NCBI GenBank assembly: GCA_947628005.1
Contig: CANQYI010000002.1
Span: forward strand, 152,833 to 184,832
Direction of reading: 5' to 3'
Length of the DNA: 32,000 nt
DNA from: an uncultured Clostridia bacterium
GTDB lineage: Bacteria; Bacillota; Clostridia; TANB77; CAG-465
Below are positions 8,231-18,037 of this stretch, in pieces. Positions within the stretch are counted from its first letter, which is position 1, and each line of letters opens with the position of its first letter. Position numbers and translations under genes: made by a program. The notes under the pieces were generated by a model. That model was given only the letters and a program-made list of their open reading frames with translations. It had not been told where the DNA came from and did not search any database.

Positions 8231-8665
8231 ATGGCTAAGAAACTATTAATAATATTCTCAATCGTTTTTCTAATTATAATTGGCGGATTGTGTTACTATA
8301 TATATGCTTTAAAACCTGTTTATGACTATGTTCCTTTTACAGATGAAAGTAGTAATTTTATTAATTTACAAGACAATGGAAATGAAGTAATACTTACTCG
8401 CTACACAAGTGGAGGAATAATTTCAAGTGAAGAAATATATACATTTGAAAATGATTCTTTAAAGCAACTAAAAATAATAAATCATAGCATAAACATTTTA
8501 CAAGCAAAAGAAAACGTTAAAACAAATCCATACGAAAATACTACTGTTACAAGAGATAAAAACAAAGTAACATATTCTTATACGGACTATGACATGTATG
8601 GAAAAAGTAAACAAGAAGTTTTAAATTCCATAAACGAATTTATTAATATTTATAATAACAACTAA
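8231..8665 (+). CDS. Hypothetical membrane-anchored protein
   Basis: 144 aa with an N-terminal hydrophobic anchor (LLIIFSIVFLIIIGGLCYYIY). GGAGGG SD. I recognise no family motif. Confidence 0.5.
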   Translation: MAKKLLIIFSIVFLIIIGGLCYYIYALKPVYDYVPFTDESSNFINLQDNGNEVILTRYTSGGIISSEEIYTFENDSLKQLKIINHSINILQAKENVKTNPYENTTVTRDKNKVTYSYTDYDMYGKSKQEVLNSINEFINIYNNN

Positions 8666-8710
8666 ATAAAAATAAACTGATATTTATAACTTAACACTAA
8701 TAATGTAAAT

Positions 8711-8747
8711 AAAGGGGAATGTTAAAATTTAACATTTCCCTTTACTT
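8711..8747 (+). terminator. Rho-independent terminator after 8231..8665
   Basis: AAAGGGGAATGTTA-aaatt-TAACATTTCCCTTT (one mismatch), followed by a short T-rich run. Confidence 0.55.
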
Positions 8748-8983
8748 GTAAGGCAGATTTTCATAATTTTTATATTATCATAAAAATTATCTCAAGTTGA
8801 TATTTAAATTTTTAGAAATATATTTTTGTTTAAACATTACTTCTACAATCATAAAAAACTTTTAACAAAATTATAAAAAATAAAAATTAAAAAAAAACAA
8901 CAGAAAATCCAACTTTTTAATTAGATTTTATGTTGTAATCCAAATAGAATTAACTTTTTTTACTTATTTTACCTATAATCTAC

Positions 8984-9012
8984 CAAAAAAATGACAGTAT
9001 AAAAACTGCCAT
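8984..9012 (-). terminator. Rho-independent terminator of the tRNA-Ser operon
   Basis: On the minus strand ATGGCAGT-ttttat-ACTGTCAT (one G-U pair) is followed by TTTTTTT, about 27 nt downstream of the tRNA 3' end. Confidence 0.55.
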
Positions 9013-9038
9013 TCGTAAAAATTTACTAACATTTTTTA

Positions 9039-9129
9039 TGGCGGAGAAAGAGGGGTTCGAACCCTCGCGCCCCTAAACGAGACCTAACAGTTTAGCAAAC
9101 TGTCCCCTTCACCACTTGGGTATTTCTCC
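9039..9129 (-). tRNA. tRNA-Ser (anticodon GCT), class II with long variable arm, CCA encoded
   Basis: Reverse complement is GGAGAAATACCCAAGTGGTGAAGGGGACAGTTTGCTAAACTGTTAGGTCTCGTTTAGGGGCGCGAGGGTTCGAACCCCTCTTTCTCCGCCA. Acceptor GGAGAAA/TTTCTCC, anticodon stem ACAGT/ACTGT with loop TTGCTAA, T-arm GAGGG-TTCGAAC-CCCTC. Confidence 0.92.
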
Positions 9130-9183
9130 AAAATTTATACATTTTAAGCGGAAATACTTTAAAATATCTCCGCTTTTAAAGTT

Positions 9184-9272
9184 TGGCGGAAGAGGTAGGA
9201 TTCGAACCCACGGTACCTTTCGGTATCACCAGTTTTCAAGACTGGCTCCTTAAACCACTCGGACACTCTTCC
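9184..9272 (-). tRNA. tRNA-Ser (anticodon TGA), class II, CCA encoded
   Basis: Reverse complement is GGAAGAGTGTCCGAGTGGTTTAAGGAGCCAGTCTTGAAAACTGGTGATACCGAAAGGTACCGTGGGTTCGAATCCTACCTCTTCCGCCA. Acceptor GGAAGAG/CTCTTCC, anticodon stem CCAGT/ACTGG with loop CTTGAAA. Confidence 0.92.
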
Positions 9273-9294
9273 AAAAAAACTTGATACAAGTATT

Positions 9295-9322
9295 ATTATA
9301 CCAGTTTTTTTTCGTTTGTCAA
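9295..9322 (-). promoter_or_regulatory. Sigma-A promoter of the tRNA-Ser operon
   Basis: On the minus strand TTGACA (9322-9317), a 16-nt spacer, then TGgTATAAT (-10 at 9300-9295), about 20 nt upstream of the mature tRNA 5' end. Confidence 0.65.
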
Positions 9323-9333
9323 TAGATTTAAAA

Positions 9334-9369
9334 GAAAAAAGAGGAAATTGAAATCTATTTTCCTCTTTT
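9334..9369 (-). terminator. Rho-independent terminator after 9379..9927
   Basis: On the minus strand AAAGAGGAAA-atagatttca-TTTCCTCTTT is followed by TTTC. Confidence 0.65.
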
Positions 9370-9378
9370 ATAACAATA

Positions 9379-9927
9379 TTACAATTTTTTAACTAGCCTA
9401 TTTAACTGTGATATATATTCTTCTTCTGTTAATAAAGTTTCATATGAATCATCGCAACCTATAGAATGTATAAAGTAATAATCTTTAAATGAATTAAGAC
9501 AATATCTAAATACGTTATTTTCAAACAATCTGTCGTATGCTTTGGTAATTAATTCATCATATTCTTCACTATTTCTAACAATTTCTTTTGACTGCCAATA
9601 TACTTTTCCTGTCTTTCTCCAATCTGGTAGAGCTAATCTCAATTTTTGTGCTATATATCCATTATACTTTAAACAAATTTCATTTTGTATATCTTTTTCT
9701 TTTACTCGCAAAGACTGTATAAAGCTTTCCATGGACAAACATTTTACATCATCAATAGTGAATTCATGTGGAAATAAATTTGATAAAGAACCTGAGAGCT
9801 TGTCTTTATACATTATATCTAAAATTTTTTCTTCATTTCCGCAATTTAAACATACAAATTGTTTATTTTTTACAGCTATACTCCGTTCATATAAAATACC
9901 GCATTTTCTGCATTTTATTACCTTCAT
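9379..9927 (-). CDS. Zinc-ribbon protein with a NADAR/YbiA-like (DUF1768) domain; function tentative
   Basis: 182 aa. N-terminal C-x2-C...C-x2-C (CRKCG...CLNCG). The segment LSNLFPHEFTIDDVKCLSMESFIQSLR resembles the NADAR core (fSNFyp-F-idG-----S-EhyfQa-K). GGAG SD. Confidence 0.55.
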   Translation of the reverse strand: MKVIKCRKCGILYERSIAVKNKQFVCLNCGNEEKILDIMYKDKLSGSLSNLFPHEFTIDDVKCLSMESFIQSLRVKEKDIQNEICLKYNGYIAQKLRLALPDWRKTGKVYWQSKEIVRNSEEYDELITKAYDRLFENNVFRYCLNSFKDYYFIHSIGCDDSYETLLTEEEYISQLNRLVKKL

Positions 9928-10018
9928 GCAAACACTCCTTTAATTAAATTATGATTTACAAATATTTTTATATATTGTATCATATTTTTATTAAAAAGTA
10001 AATGAATGTAATTTAACG

Positions 10019-10447
10019 CTATTTATTCATCTTTTTGTACAATTTTTCTTTTATAGCTTCTGGTAATAAGTTATATTTTAATAAATTACTTATTTCTATA
10101 TATTCTATTTCATATTTACCATACTTTTCTATATCTACATTTTGCCATTCTTCACCAGTTCCAGTTCCAATTTCTCCTGATACATAATTACATATAAAAA
10201 ACTTTTCATATTTATCTAAATCATCATTATATAATGATTCAAATTCTTCAATTATTTCTACTTCTATTCCCAATTCTTCATATACTTCTCTTAAAAGAGT
10301 CTCTTCAAAAGTTTCGTCATTTTCAACGTGACCACCTGGAAAAGTATAATATATATAAGTACCATTTGGTTTAATCTTAGTTCTTTTTATACTTACCAAC
10401 TTATTATCGATAATTATAATAGCTCTTGCTGTTTTTGCACAATCCAT
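10019..10447 (-). CDS. NUDIX hydrolase
   Basis: NUDIX box GGHVENDETFEETLLREVYEELGIEV. The ORF track starts at GTG 10456, directly abutting the parB stop. ATG 10447 (MDCAKTARAII...) has AGGTG 6 nt upstream, so I prefer it. Confidence 0.85.
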   Translation of the reverse strand: MDCAKTARAIIIIDNKLVSIKRTKIKPNGTYIYYTFPGGHVENDETFEETLLREVYEELGIEVEIIEEFESLYNDDLDKYEKFFICNYVSGEIGTGTGEEWQNVDIEKYGKYEIEYIEISNLLKYNLLPEAIKEKLYKKMNK

Positions 10448-10456
10448 ACTTAACAC

Positions 10457-11353
10457 CTACATTTTTATCTTTAATTTACTTAAAATACTTTCTAATCCGT
10501 CATCATCATTATATTCTATTACTAGTTTTTGATGATTTTTACTAGGATTTATTTTTACTTTATAGCCGAAGTAGTTTTTAAGCTTGTCCTCTATAGTTTT
10601 ATAATATATATTTTTTGGTTGCTTTTTACTATCTTTTCTCTTATAATCATCTGCTCCATAAATAATTTTTTCTATATCTCTTACAGTTAAATTTTTTTCT
10701 ATAACTTTATTTGCAATTTCTAATTGTTTATCTTTATTTTTCACTGCAAGTAATGCTCTTGCATGCCCTTCTACTAACTTTCCATCTAACACATAATTTA
10801 ATATTTCATCTTGTAATTTTAATAATCTAGTAATATTAGAAACTGTAGATAAACTCTTACCTGTTAATGTAGCAACTTCAGCTTGTGTGTATCCATCTAT
10901 GTCCATAAGTTCTTTTATAGCACGAGCTACTTCAACTATATTCAAATCTTCCCTTTGAATATTTTCTATTAAAGCAACTTGTTTTTTCTTAGTATCAGTA
11001 TAATCTTTTATTATTGCAGGTATTTTTTTAAGACCAGCCATTTTAGCTGCTCTCCATCTTCTCTCACCTGCAACAATTGTATAACCGTCATCAGTCTTTA
11101 CAACTAAAATTGGTTGTAAAATACCCTGCTCTTTTATAGAACTTGATAATTCTTCTAATTTTTCTTTATCAAATTTTTTTCTTGGTTGATTTAGCATAGG
11201 CTCTACTTCTAGAATATCTAATTCTACAACTTTATCTAATTCTTTAAGTTGTTTTTCTTTTTTGGCTTCAGTAACTTTTTTTATTTCTTCTGTATCATCA
11301 CCAAAAAACACATCTAGGCCTCTACCCAATCCTTTTTGAATTTTTGTTGACAT
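10457..11353 (-). CDS. parB: Chromosome partitioning protein ParB/Spo0J
   Basis: Contains GLGRGLDVFF, the ParB box GERRWRAAKMAG and an HTH (TQAEVATLTGKSLSTVSN). The longest ORF starts at 11371 and overlaps parA. ATG 11353 (MSTKIQKGLGRGL) has an AAAGGA SD and gives the typical N-terminus. Confidence 0.9.
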   Translation of the reverse strand: MSTKIQKGLGRGLDVFFGDDTEEIKKVTEAKKEKQLKELDKVVELDILEVEPMLNQPRKKFDKEKLEELSSSIKEQGILQPILVVKTDDGYTIVAGERRWRAAKMAGLKKIPAIIKDYTDTKKKQVALIENIQREDLNIVEVARAIKELMDIDGYTQAEVATLTGKSLSTVSNITRLLKLQDEILNYVLDGKLVEGHARALLAVKNKDKQLEIANKVIEKNLTVRDIEKIIYGADDYKRKDSKKQPKNIYYKTIEDKLKNYFGYKVKINPSKNHQKLVIEYNDDDGLESILSKLKIKM

Positions 11354-11357
11354 AAAA

Positions 11358-12125
11358 TCATCCTTTCTCATTTAATTTTATCAATTCTTTTGCTAATTTT
11401 TTATAAGTATCTGAACCTTTTGAATTTGGATCATATAAGTTTATTGGTAGCCCATGACTAGGTGCTTCACTTAAACGAATATTTCTTGGAATAATAGTTT
11501 GAAAAACTTTATTTCCAAAGTATTTTTCCACTTCATCAACAACTTGAGTTGATAAATTTGTTCTAGCATCAAACATAGTCAATATAACTCCCTCAACTTT
11601 TAAATCTTTATTTAAATGTTTTTGAACTAATTTTATTGTATTTATAAGTTGACCTAATCCTTCCAAAGCATAATATTCACATTGTATTGGAACTAATACA
11701 CTGTCAGAAGCTGTAAAAGAATTTAAAGTAATAAGTCCTAGCGAAGGCGGACAATCAATAAATATATAATCATATTCATCTCTTACATTTTCTATAGCAT
11801 TCTTAAGCCTAGTTTCCCTTGACATCATTGAAACAAGTTCTACTTCTGCTCCAGCAAGATTTATATTTGCTGGACATACATCTAATTTCTTTATCATTGT
11901 ATGTTCAATTGTTTCTTTTATATCAAGTTCTTCAACTAAAACATTATATACTGATTTAGACTCATGTGCTTCAACTCCCAATCCACTAGTTGCATTACCT
12001 TGAGGGTCTATATCTATTAATAATACTTTTTTACCCTTTTCAGCTATACAGGCACTTAGATTTACTGCTGTTGTAGTCTTTCCTACACCACCTTTTTGAT
12101 TTGCTATTGATATTACTTTTGCCAT
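11358..12125 (-). CDS. parA: Chromosome partitioning ATPase ParA/Soj
   Basis: Deviant Walker [17 protein letters not shown], a Walker B region ([12 protein letters not shown]), 255 aa. Confidence 0.92.
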   Translation of the reverse strand: MAKVISIANQKGGVGKTTTAVNLSACIAEKGKKVLLIDIDPQGNATSGLGVEAHESKSVYNVLVEELDIKETIEHTMIKKLDVCPANINLAGAEVELVSMMSRETRLKNAIENVRDEYDYIFIDCPPSLGLITLNSFTASDSVLVPIQCEYYALEGLGQLINTIKLVQKHLNKDLKVEGVILTMFDARTNLSTQVVDEVEKYFGNKVFQTIIPRNIRLSEAPSHGLPINLYDPNSKGSDTYKKLAKELIKLNEKG

Positions 12126-12167
12126 AATTTCACCTCAATTGGTATTATACAATAAATAATGTAAAAA

Positions 12168-12210
12168 AAAAAGAGAAAAAGTAAAAAATTTACTTTTTTT
12201 CTCTCTTTTT
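12168..12210 (-). terminator. Palindromic terminator between rsmG and parA
   Basis: AGAGAAAAAGTAAA-aaa-TTTACTTTTTTCTCT, flanked by A/T runs. Confidence 0.55.
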
Positions 12211-12953
12211 TATAATGGATTTTTTTTGATTTTTCCATAATTTCTTGGATACTTATTAGGAGTATTAGATATTTTTGTTATTTCTAACAAATATCTATTA
12301 TATGTTTCTTCATTATATGAATATGTATATAAATATTTATTTGTACATTCTAGATTTAAACATTTAATTGCATTTTTTGCCTCATCTATTTCTTTTTCAG
12401 CATTATCTCCCTTAAGTAATAAACATTTTCCATTTACTTTTATATATGGACTATCATATTCTAACAGTACGTTCAAACTTGCTACTGCTCTTGAAACTGC
12501 AATATCAAAGTTTTCTCTATACTTATCATTATTAGCTAATTCCTCTGCCCTAGCATGTATAACTTCAACATTTTTTAATTCCATTTTATTTATACATTCT
12601 TCTAAAAATAAAATTCTCTTATTTAATGAATCAACTAATGTTATATTTACTTCTCCATCAAAATATATTGCTATTACTATACCTGGAAACCCTGCACCAG
12701 TACCTATATCAATTATCTTTTGATTTTTATTTATATATTTTACTATTTCTAAGCAATCTATAAAATGTTTCATTATAATTCCATATTCATCAATTATTGC
12801 AGTTAAATTAAATTTTTCATTCCATTCAATTAAAAGATCTTTATAAATTTCAAATTTATTTAAGATATTATCTGTTAGATTAATATTCATCTTTTCTGCT
12901 TCAAACTTTAGTAATTCTTTGAAATTATTATTTACATCACAATTACTTTTCAT
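12210..12953 (-). CDS. rsmG: 16S rRNA (guanine527-N7)-methyltransferase RsmG (GidB)
   Basis: SAM-binding motif IDIGTGAGFPGIVIA. Conserved position downstream of mnmG. Confidence 0.9.
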   Translation of the reverse strand: MKSNCDVNNNFKELLKFEAEKMNINLTDNILNKFEIYKDLLIEWNEKFNLTAIIDEYGIIMKHFIDCLEIVKYINKNQKIIDIGTGAGFPGIVIAIYFDGEVNITLVDSLNKRILFLEECINKMELKNVEVIHARAEELANNDKYRENFDIAVSRAVASLNVLLEYDSPYIKVNGKCLLLKGDNAEKEIDEAKNAIKCLNLECTNKYLYTYSYNEETYNRYLLEITKISNTPNKYPRNYGKIKKNPL

Positions 12954-12965
12954 GTGAAAACTCCT

Positions 12966-14855
12966 TTATTTATTTTGGCTTAAATATATTAATAGTACTG
13001 ATATATCAGCTGGTGAAACACCTGATATTCTAGATGCCTGTCCAACTGAAATAGGCTTTTGTTTATTTAATTTTTGTCTAGCTTCTAAACTTAATCCTAA
13101 TATATTTTCATAATCTATTTCAGTACTCAATTTTTTATCTTCCAATTTTTTAAATTCTTCTATTTGTTCTAGTTGTAATTTTATATAACCTTCATACTTT
13201 ATCTCTATTTCTGCTTCTTCTTTAACAGAATAAGGTAAATCTTTTCTTTCATGGTCTAATTTTGCCATGTTATCATAAGTTAATTCACTTCTTTTCAATA
13301 AATCAGATAATTTTGTTCCAGTTGAAATTGGAGAACTATTTAATTCTTTTAAATAATTATTTACCTCCTCTGTAGGCTTTATAGTAGTATTTTTTAATCT
13401 TTCTACTTCTCTATCTATAGCTTCTTTCTTCTCTAAAAATTTATTATATCTTTCACGTGAAATTAAACCTATTTTATAACCTATTTCTGTTAGTCTTATA
13501 TCTGCATTATCTTGTCTTAACATTAATCTATATTCAGCTCTTGAAGTCATCATTCTATATGGCTCATTAGTTCCTTTAGTGACCAAATCATCTATTAAAA
13601 CACCAATATATGCTTCTGACCTTTTTAGAATTAATGGCTCTAAATTATCAATATTTCTAGCAGCATTTATACCTGCTATAATACCCTGAGCAGCTGCTTC
13701 TTCGTAGCCTGAACTACCATTTACTTGCCCAGCAAAAAACAAACCTTTAATTGTTTTATATTCTAAACTAAGTTTTAAGTTAGTAGAATCTATACAATCA
13801 TATTCAATAGCATATGCTGGTCTCATCATTTTTGCATTTTCAAGTCCTGGAACTGATTTATACATCTGTATTTGGACTTCTTCAGGTAAAGATGAAGACA
13901 TTCCTTGAATATACATTTCAGAAGTTTCAAGTCCCAAAGGTTCAATAAATAATTGATGTCTTTCTTTATCACTAAATCTTACTACTTTATCTTCAATAGA
14001 AGGACAATATCTAGGTCCTATTCCACTTATTTTTCCACTATAAATAGGTGATCTATGGAGATTTTTTCTTATAATATCATGTGTCTCAGAAGTAGTATAT
14101 GTTAAATAACAATCTACTTGTTTCTTTCCTAATATTTCAGGATTATTTTCATTTTCAAATGAGAATGGTACAATTTTTTCATCCCCATGTTGAACTTCCA
14201 TTTTTGAAAAATCCATACACTTTTTATTTATTCTTGCAGGTGTTCCTGTCTTAAATCTTCTTAATTCTACTCCAATATCAATTAAACTTTGAGATAAATC
14301 ATTAGCTGGAAAAACTCCATCTGGTCCACTCTCGTAAGATACATCCCCTATTATAACTTTTCCTTTTAAATAAGTTCCCGTTGCTACAACAATTTGTTTG
14401 CATTTAAAAGTTGCTCCTATTTTAGTTTTTACACCTACCACAGAACCATTTTCAACTAATATTTTTACAACTTCAGCTTGATAAACATCTAAATTTTCTT
14501 GATTTTCTAATGTTTTTTTCATTTCAATATGATACATTTTTCTATCAGATTGAACTCTTAAAGAATGTACAGATGGTCCTTTTGATAAATTTAACATCTT
14601 TGATTGAATGAAAGTTTTATCTGCATTTTTTGCAATTTCTCCACCCAAAGCATCAACTTCTCTTACTAAATGTCCCTTAGATGTTCCTCCTATACTAGGA
14701 TTACATGGCATATTAGCAAGAGTATCTAAATTTATAACAAATACAGCTGTATTTTTTCCAAGTCTTGCTGCAGCTAAAGCTGCCTCACATCCGGCATGTC
14801 CAGCACCTATTACAATTACATCATATTCTCCCAAAACATATTCTTGGTCATTCAT
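12966..14855 (-). CDS. mnmG: tRNA uridine 5-carboxymethylaminomethyl modification enzyme MnmG (GidA)
   Basis: 629 aa. FAD motif [23 protein letters not shown], with family-wide conservation throughout. Confidence 0.96.
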   Translation of the reverse strand: MNDQEYVLGEYDVIVIGAGHAGCEAALAAARLGKNTAVFVINLDTLANMPCNPSIGGTSKGHLVREVDALGGEIAKNADKTFIQSKMLNLSKGPSVHSLRVQSDRKMYHIEMKKTLENQENLDVYQAEVVKILVENGSVVGVKTKIGATFKCKQIVVATGTYLKGKVIIGDVSYESGPDGVFPANDLSQSLIDIGVELRRFKTGTPARINKKCMDFSKMEVQHGDEKIVPFSFENENNPEILGKKQVDCYLTYTTSETHDIIRKNLHRSPIYSGKISGIGPRYCPSIEDKVVRFSDKERHQLFIEPLGLETSEMYIQGMSSSLPEEVQIQMYKSVPGLENAKMMRPAYAIEYDCIDSTNLKLSLEYKTIKGLFFAGQVNGSSGYEEAAAQGIIAGINAARNIDNLEPLILKRSEAYIGVLIDDLVTKGTNEPYRMMTSRAEYRLMLRQDNADIRLTEIGYKIGLISRERYNKFLEKKEAIDREVERLKNTTIKPTEEVNNYLKELNSSPISTGTKLSDLLKRSELTYDNMAKLDHERKDLPYSVKEEAEIEIKYEGYIKLQLEQIEEFKKLEDKKLSTEIDYENILGLSLEARQKLNKQKPISVGQASRISGVSPADISVLLIYLSQNK

Positions 14856-14864
14856 AATTATCCC

Positions 14865-16244
14865 CTATTTTCCGATACAAAATTTTTCAAATATTTTTTT
14901 AGTTACATCTTCTGTTACATCTAATCCAACTATTTGCCCTAAATATTTAGTAGCATTTTTTAAATAAATTGAAATTATATCTATTGGCATTTTATTTTCA
15001 ACTTCTACCTTAGATTTTTCTAAATTTTCTAGTGATTTTTTTAATAGTTCTTTATGTCTTTCATTAGTTATGATTAATTCATGCTCATAATCAAAGTTAT
15101 TTTTTTCAAACATTTGTTTTATTTTTGATTTTAATTCATCTATTCCCTTATCTTCCTTTATAGAAATTATTTGTACATCATTAATATTATTCTTTTTAAA
15201 TTCATTCAAAAAGGTATCAAAAATCGATTTTTCATATTTATCTGACTTGTTTATTACAGTTATATATTTTAATCCTTTATTTTGAATTTTAGAAAGAATT
15301 TCAAAATCTTTTTCCTCTAATTTATTTTCTGGACTAAACATATATAAAATAAGATCAGATGTATCAAAGAGTTTTAAACTTCTTTCCACTCCTATTTTTT
15401 CAACTATATCTTCAGTCTGTCTAATTCCTGCACTATCAGACACATTTAAAATTAAATTTCCTATATTAATTCTTTCCTCAACTATATCTCTTGTAGTGCC
15501 TGGAATATCTGTAACTATAGCTTTTTCATATTTTGCAAGTTTATTAAGTAAAGATGATTTTCCAACATTTGGTTTACCTATTATTGCTACATTTATTCCA
15601 TCTTTTAAATATCTACCTTGATCATACGTTTCTATTAACTTTGATATTTGTAGTATTTTTTTATCAAGTATAGAATTAACATTTTCTAGTTTAACTTCTT
15701 CATAATCATATTCTGGATAATCAATACTTACTGAAATATGAGCTAATAATTCTACCAATTCTTCTCTCATTTCAATTATCTTTTTTGAAATATCTCCATT
15801 CAAATGATTAGATGCAATCTTTGCACTTACTTTAGTTTTAGAATTTATCAAATCAATAACAGCTTCTGCCTTTGATAAATCCATCTTTCCATTTAAAAAA
15901 GCTCTCTTTGAAAACTCTCCTGGTTTAGCAAGCTCTGCCCCATTTTCTAACACTATTTCTAAAATTTCACGTGTAATTTCTATTCCACCATGACAATTAA
16001 TTTCACATATATCTTCTCCCGTATAAGATTTTGGAGCTTTAAAATAAGAAATCAAAACGTTATCCAACACATTCTTGTTTTTATCTAAAACTTTACCAAA
16101 AACTATCTTATTTGGTTCTATTTTATTTTTAGTAGAAATTATTTTATTAATTATATCAAGACTATCTTTACCGCTTATTCTTATAATACTAATACCACTA
16201 TTTGTAAGGCCTGTACTTATTGCTGCTATTGTATTTGTTGACAT
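14865..16244 (-). CDS. mnmE: tRNA modification GTPase MnmE (TrmE)
   Basis: N-terminus TIAAIST...GISIIRISG, G1 motif GKPNVGKSSLLN, C-terminal CIGK. The ORF track starts at 16250, but GGAG lies only 2 nt from that ATG and 8 nt from ATG 16244, so I prefer 16244. Confidence 0.95.
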   Translation of the reverse strand: MSTNTIAAISTGLTNSGISIIRISGKDSLDIINKIISTKNKIEPNKIVFGKVLDKNKNVLDNVLISYFKAPKSYTGEDICEINCHGGIEITREILEIVLENGAELAKPGEFSKRAFLNGKMDLSKAEAVIDLINSKTKVSAKIASNHLNGDISKKIIEMREELVELLAHISVSIDYPEYDYEEVKLENVNSILDKKILQISKLIETYDQGRYLKDGINVAIIGKPNVGKSSLLNKLAKYEKAIVTDIPGTTRDIVEERINIGNLILNVSDSAGIRQTEDIVEKIGVERSLKLFDTSDLILYMFSPENKLEEKDFEILSKIQNKGLKYITVINKSDKYEKSIFDTFLNEFKKNNINDVQIISIKEDKGIDELKSKIKQMFEKNNFDYEHELIITNERHKELLKKSLENLEKSKVEVENKMPIDIISIYLKNATKYLGQIVGLDVTEDVTKKIFEKFCIGK

Positions 16245-16295
16245 AAACATTTCTCCTTCTCTTTTAAAAAGCCAGCTGAATGCTGACTTTTAATT

Positions 16296-16949
16296 TTAAT
16301 ATTTTTTTCTTATCATTACTCTTCTTCTAGGCTCTTCTCCAAAACTTTCTGTTTCTACATCTGATCTTTTAGCAATTTCATTATGTATTATAAGTCTCTC
16401 ATATGCAGACATTGGTTCAAGTCTAATAGGTTTTCTAAATTTAATTACGTTATCTGCCATCTTATTAGCTAATTTTTTTAATTTTTCTTCTTTTTGCTTC
16501 TTATAATCATTTACTTCAACAAAAACTTTAGCGTATTCTTCATCTTCTTTTTGTAAAATAGCATTAATTATTGATTGTAATGATTCAATAGTTTTTCCTT
16601 TATAACCAATTAAATGTGAAACTTTATCACCTTTTATATTTAATAATATTTGATTTTCATTTTGTTTTACTTCATATTGTATATCTTTTTCATTAGTAAT
16701 ATTAAATATATTTTCTAAAATTTCTTTAACTTTATTTATAGTTATATTAGCTTTTTCTTCTGTTATTTTCTTATCTACAGTAAGACGTACTTTTGCAAGT
16801 TTAGCAGATAAAATTCCTAATACTCCACCTGTTGTAGCTTCTTCTAAAACTTCTATTTTTACATCATCACGTGAAACTTTTAATTCTTCAAGACCTTTTC
16901 TAATAGCTTCTTCCGTTGTTTTTCCTACTTGCTCTGTTACTCTTTTCAT
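16296..16949 (-). CDS. jag: Jag/KhpB RNA-binding protein (Jag_N, KH and R3H domains)
   Basis: 217 aa. KH-like GYKGKTIESLQSI and R3H-like ERLIIHNEIA. The start overlaps the yidC stop by 1 nt (TAATG). Confidence 0.85.
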   Translation of the reverse strand: MKRVTEQVGKTTEEAIRKGLEELKVSRDDVKIEVLEEATTGGVLGILSAKLAKVRLTVDKKITEEKANITINKVKEILENIFNITNEKDIQYEVKQNENQILLNIKGDKVSHLIGYKGKTIESLQSIINAILQKEDEEYAKVFVEVNDYKKQKEEKLKKLANKMADNVIKFRKPIRLEPMSAYERLIIHNEIAKRSDVETESFGEEPRRRVMIRKKY

Positions 16950-17785
16950 TATTTTTCTCCTCCTTCTTTTAAGGTTAATCTCTCTTGTTTACTTTTAACT
17001 ATTCTCTTTATAATTAATTGTTGAATTATTGATATAATATTTCCAAATAACCAATAAATACCTAAAGCTAAAGGCATTGTATAAGCTATAAATCCTGAAA
17101 GTAAAGGCATCATTAGATTATTAGTTTTAGACATTTCTATCTGTTCTTCCGTCATAGTTGATGTATTTTGTTGTAATTTAGTAGAAAACATAGATATAAC
17201 TATTGTTAATATTGGTACTAATAAAGAAATTGCATGTGCCTTATTATTTTGATCTTTACTGAAATAATTTGAAGGTATTTCTCCTAAATCGAAATTTTCA
17301 GTAACTTTCATATCTAATAAATCATATTGTTTAGCAATCTGCAATTCATAAGCCCTAACTTCTTTTTGACTAACTTCTTCTTTATTTAGATATTGTTTTG
17401 TATAATTAACTATTTCATCATTTGGTATCTGTTTTATATATGTTAGCGGTTGTTTAACTATATAAAACATTGCAAATATTATTGGTATCTGAATTAATAG
17501 TGGTAAACATCCACCTAGTGGATTGATTTTATTTTCAGCATACAATTTAGTTAATTCTTCTGCTTGTTTATTTTTATCATTCTTATATTTTTCTCTAATT
17601 CTTTGATCTTCTGGTCCGATTTTATTCATATTTTCCATAGATTTCATTTGCATTAGAGTAAGTGGAAATAATATTAATTTAGTAAGTATTGTAAATATTA
17701 TTATAGATAAAAAGTAATTATTATTAACTAAATTATATATTACCCTTATTATCATTCCAAAAAAACTAGCTATAGCAGCAATCAT
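16949..17785 (-). CDS. yidC: Membrane protein insertase YidC/SpoIIIJ/OxaA
   Basis: 278 aa with the conserved NPLGGCLPLLIQIPI segment, and it lies in the conserved position. Confidence 0.9.
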   Translation of the reverse strand: MIAAIASFFGMIIRVIYNLVNNNYFLSIIIFTILTKLILFPLTLMQMKSMENMNKIGPEDQRIREKYKNDKNKQAEELTKLYAENKINPLGGCLPLLIQIPIIFAMFYIVKQPLTYIKQIPNDEIVNYTKQYLNKEEVSQKEVRAYELQIAKQYDLLDMKVTENFDLGEIPSNYFSKDQNNKAHAISLLVPILTIVISMFSTKLQQNTSTMTEEQIEMSKTNNLMMPLLSGFIAYTMPLALGIYWLFGNIISIIQQLIIKRIVKSKQERLTLKEGGEK

Positions 17786-17797
17786 AAACTTCTCCTT

Positions 17798-18037
17798 TTA
17801 TTTTAAATAATCTACTCCACCATGTGAAAATGGATTACACTTTAATATTCTTTTTATTCCTAATAAATTCCCTTTAATTATACCATATTTGTCAACTGCT
17901 TGTCTTGTATACGTTGAACATGTAGGATAATATATACATCTCTTAGGTAAAAATCTAGATATATACTTTTGATAAAAACTTATAAATTTTATTTCAATTT
18001 TCTTTAAAAAATTTCCTATCAATTTAAAAATTTTCAT
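17798..18037 (-). CDS. yidD: Membrane protein insertion efficiency factor YidD
   Basis: 79 aa with YQKYIS...CIYYPTCSTY...HGG. Confidence 0.9.
   Translation of the reverse strand: MKIFKLIGNFLKKIEIKFISFYQKYISRFLPKRCIYYPTCSTYTRQAVDKYGIIKGNLLGIKRILKCNPFSHGGVDYLK

Noticed and set aside
9146-9175. Long hairpin (AAGCGGAAATA...TATCTCCGCTT) between the two tRNA-Ser genes, considered as a terminator.
   Set aside because: On the transcribed (minus) strand it is not followed by a U-tract, and a proper terminator follows the second tRNA. It is more likely a processing or spacer structure, or a plus-strand-oriented leftover, so it is not called.
8666-9378. The tRNA-Ser pair, considered as an integration site for a mobile island covering the collagen cluster.
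   Set aside because: No integrase, excisionase or transposase gene is present anywhere in the window. I could not find a duplicated tRNA 3'-end segment by eye, but a computational repeat search would be needed to exclude it fully.
15968-16873. Two further CACGTG-containing sequences (15968 in mnmE, 16868 in jag), considered as parS sites.
   Set aside because: Each has 5 mismatches to the 16-bp parS consensus, with only a half-site conserved.
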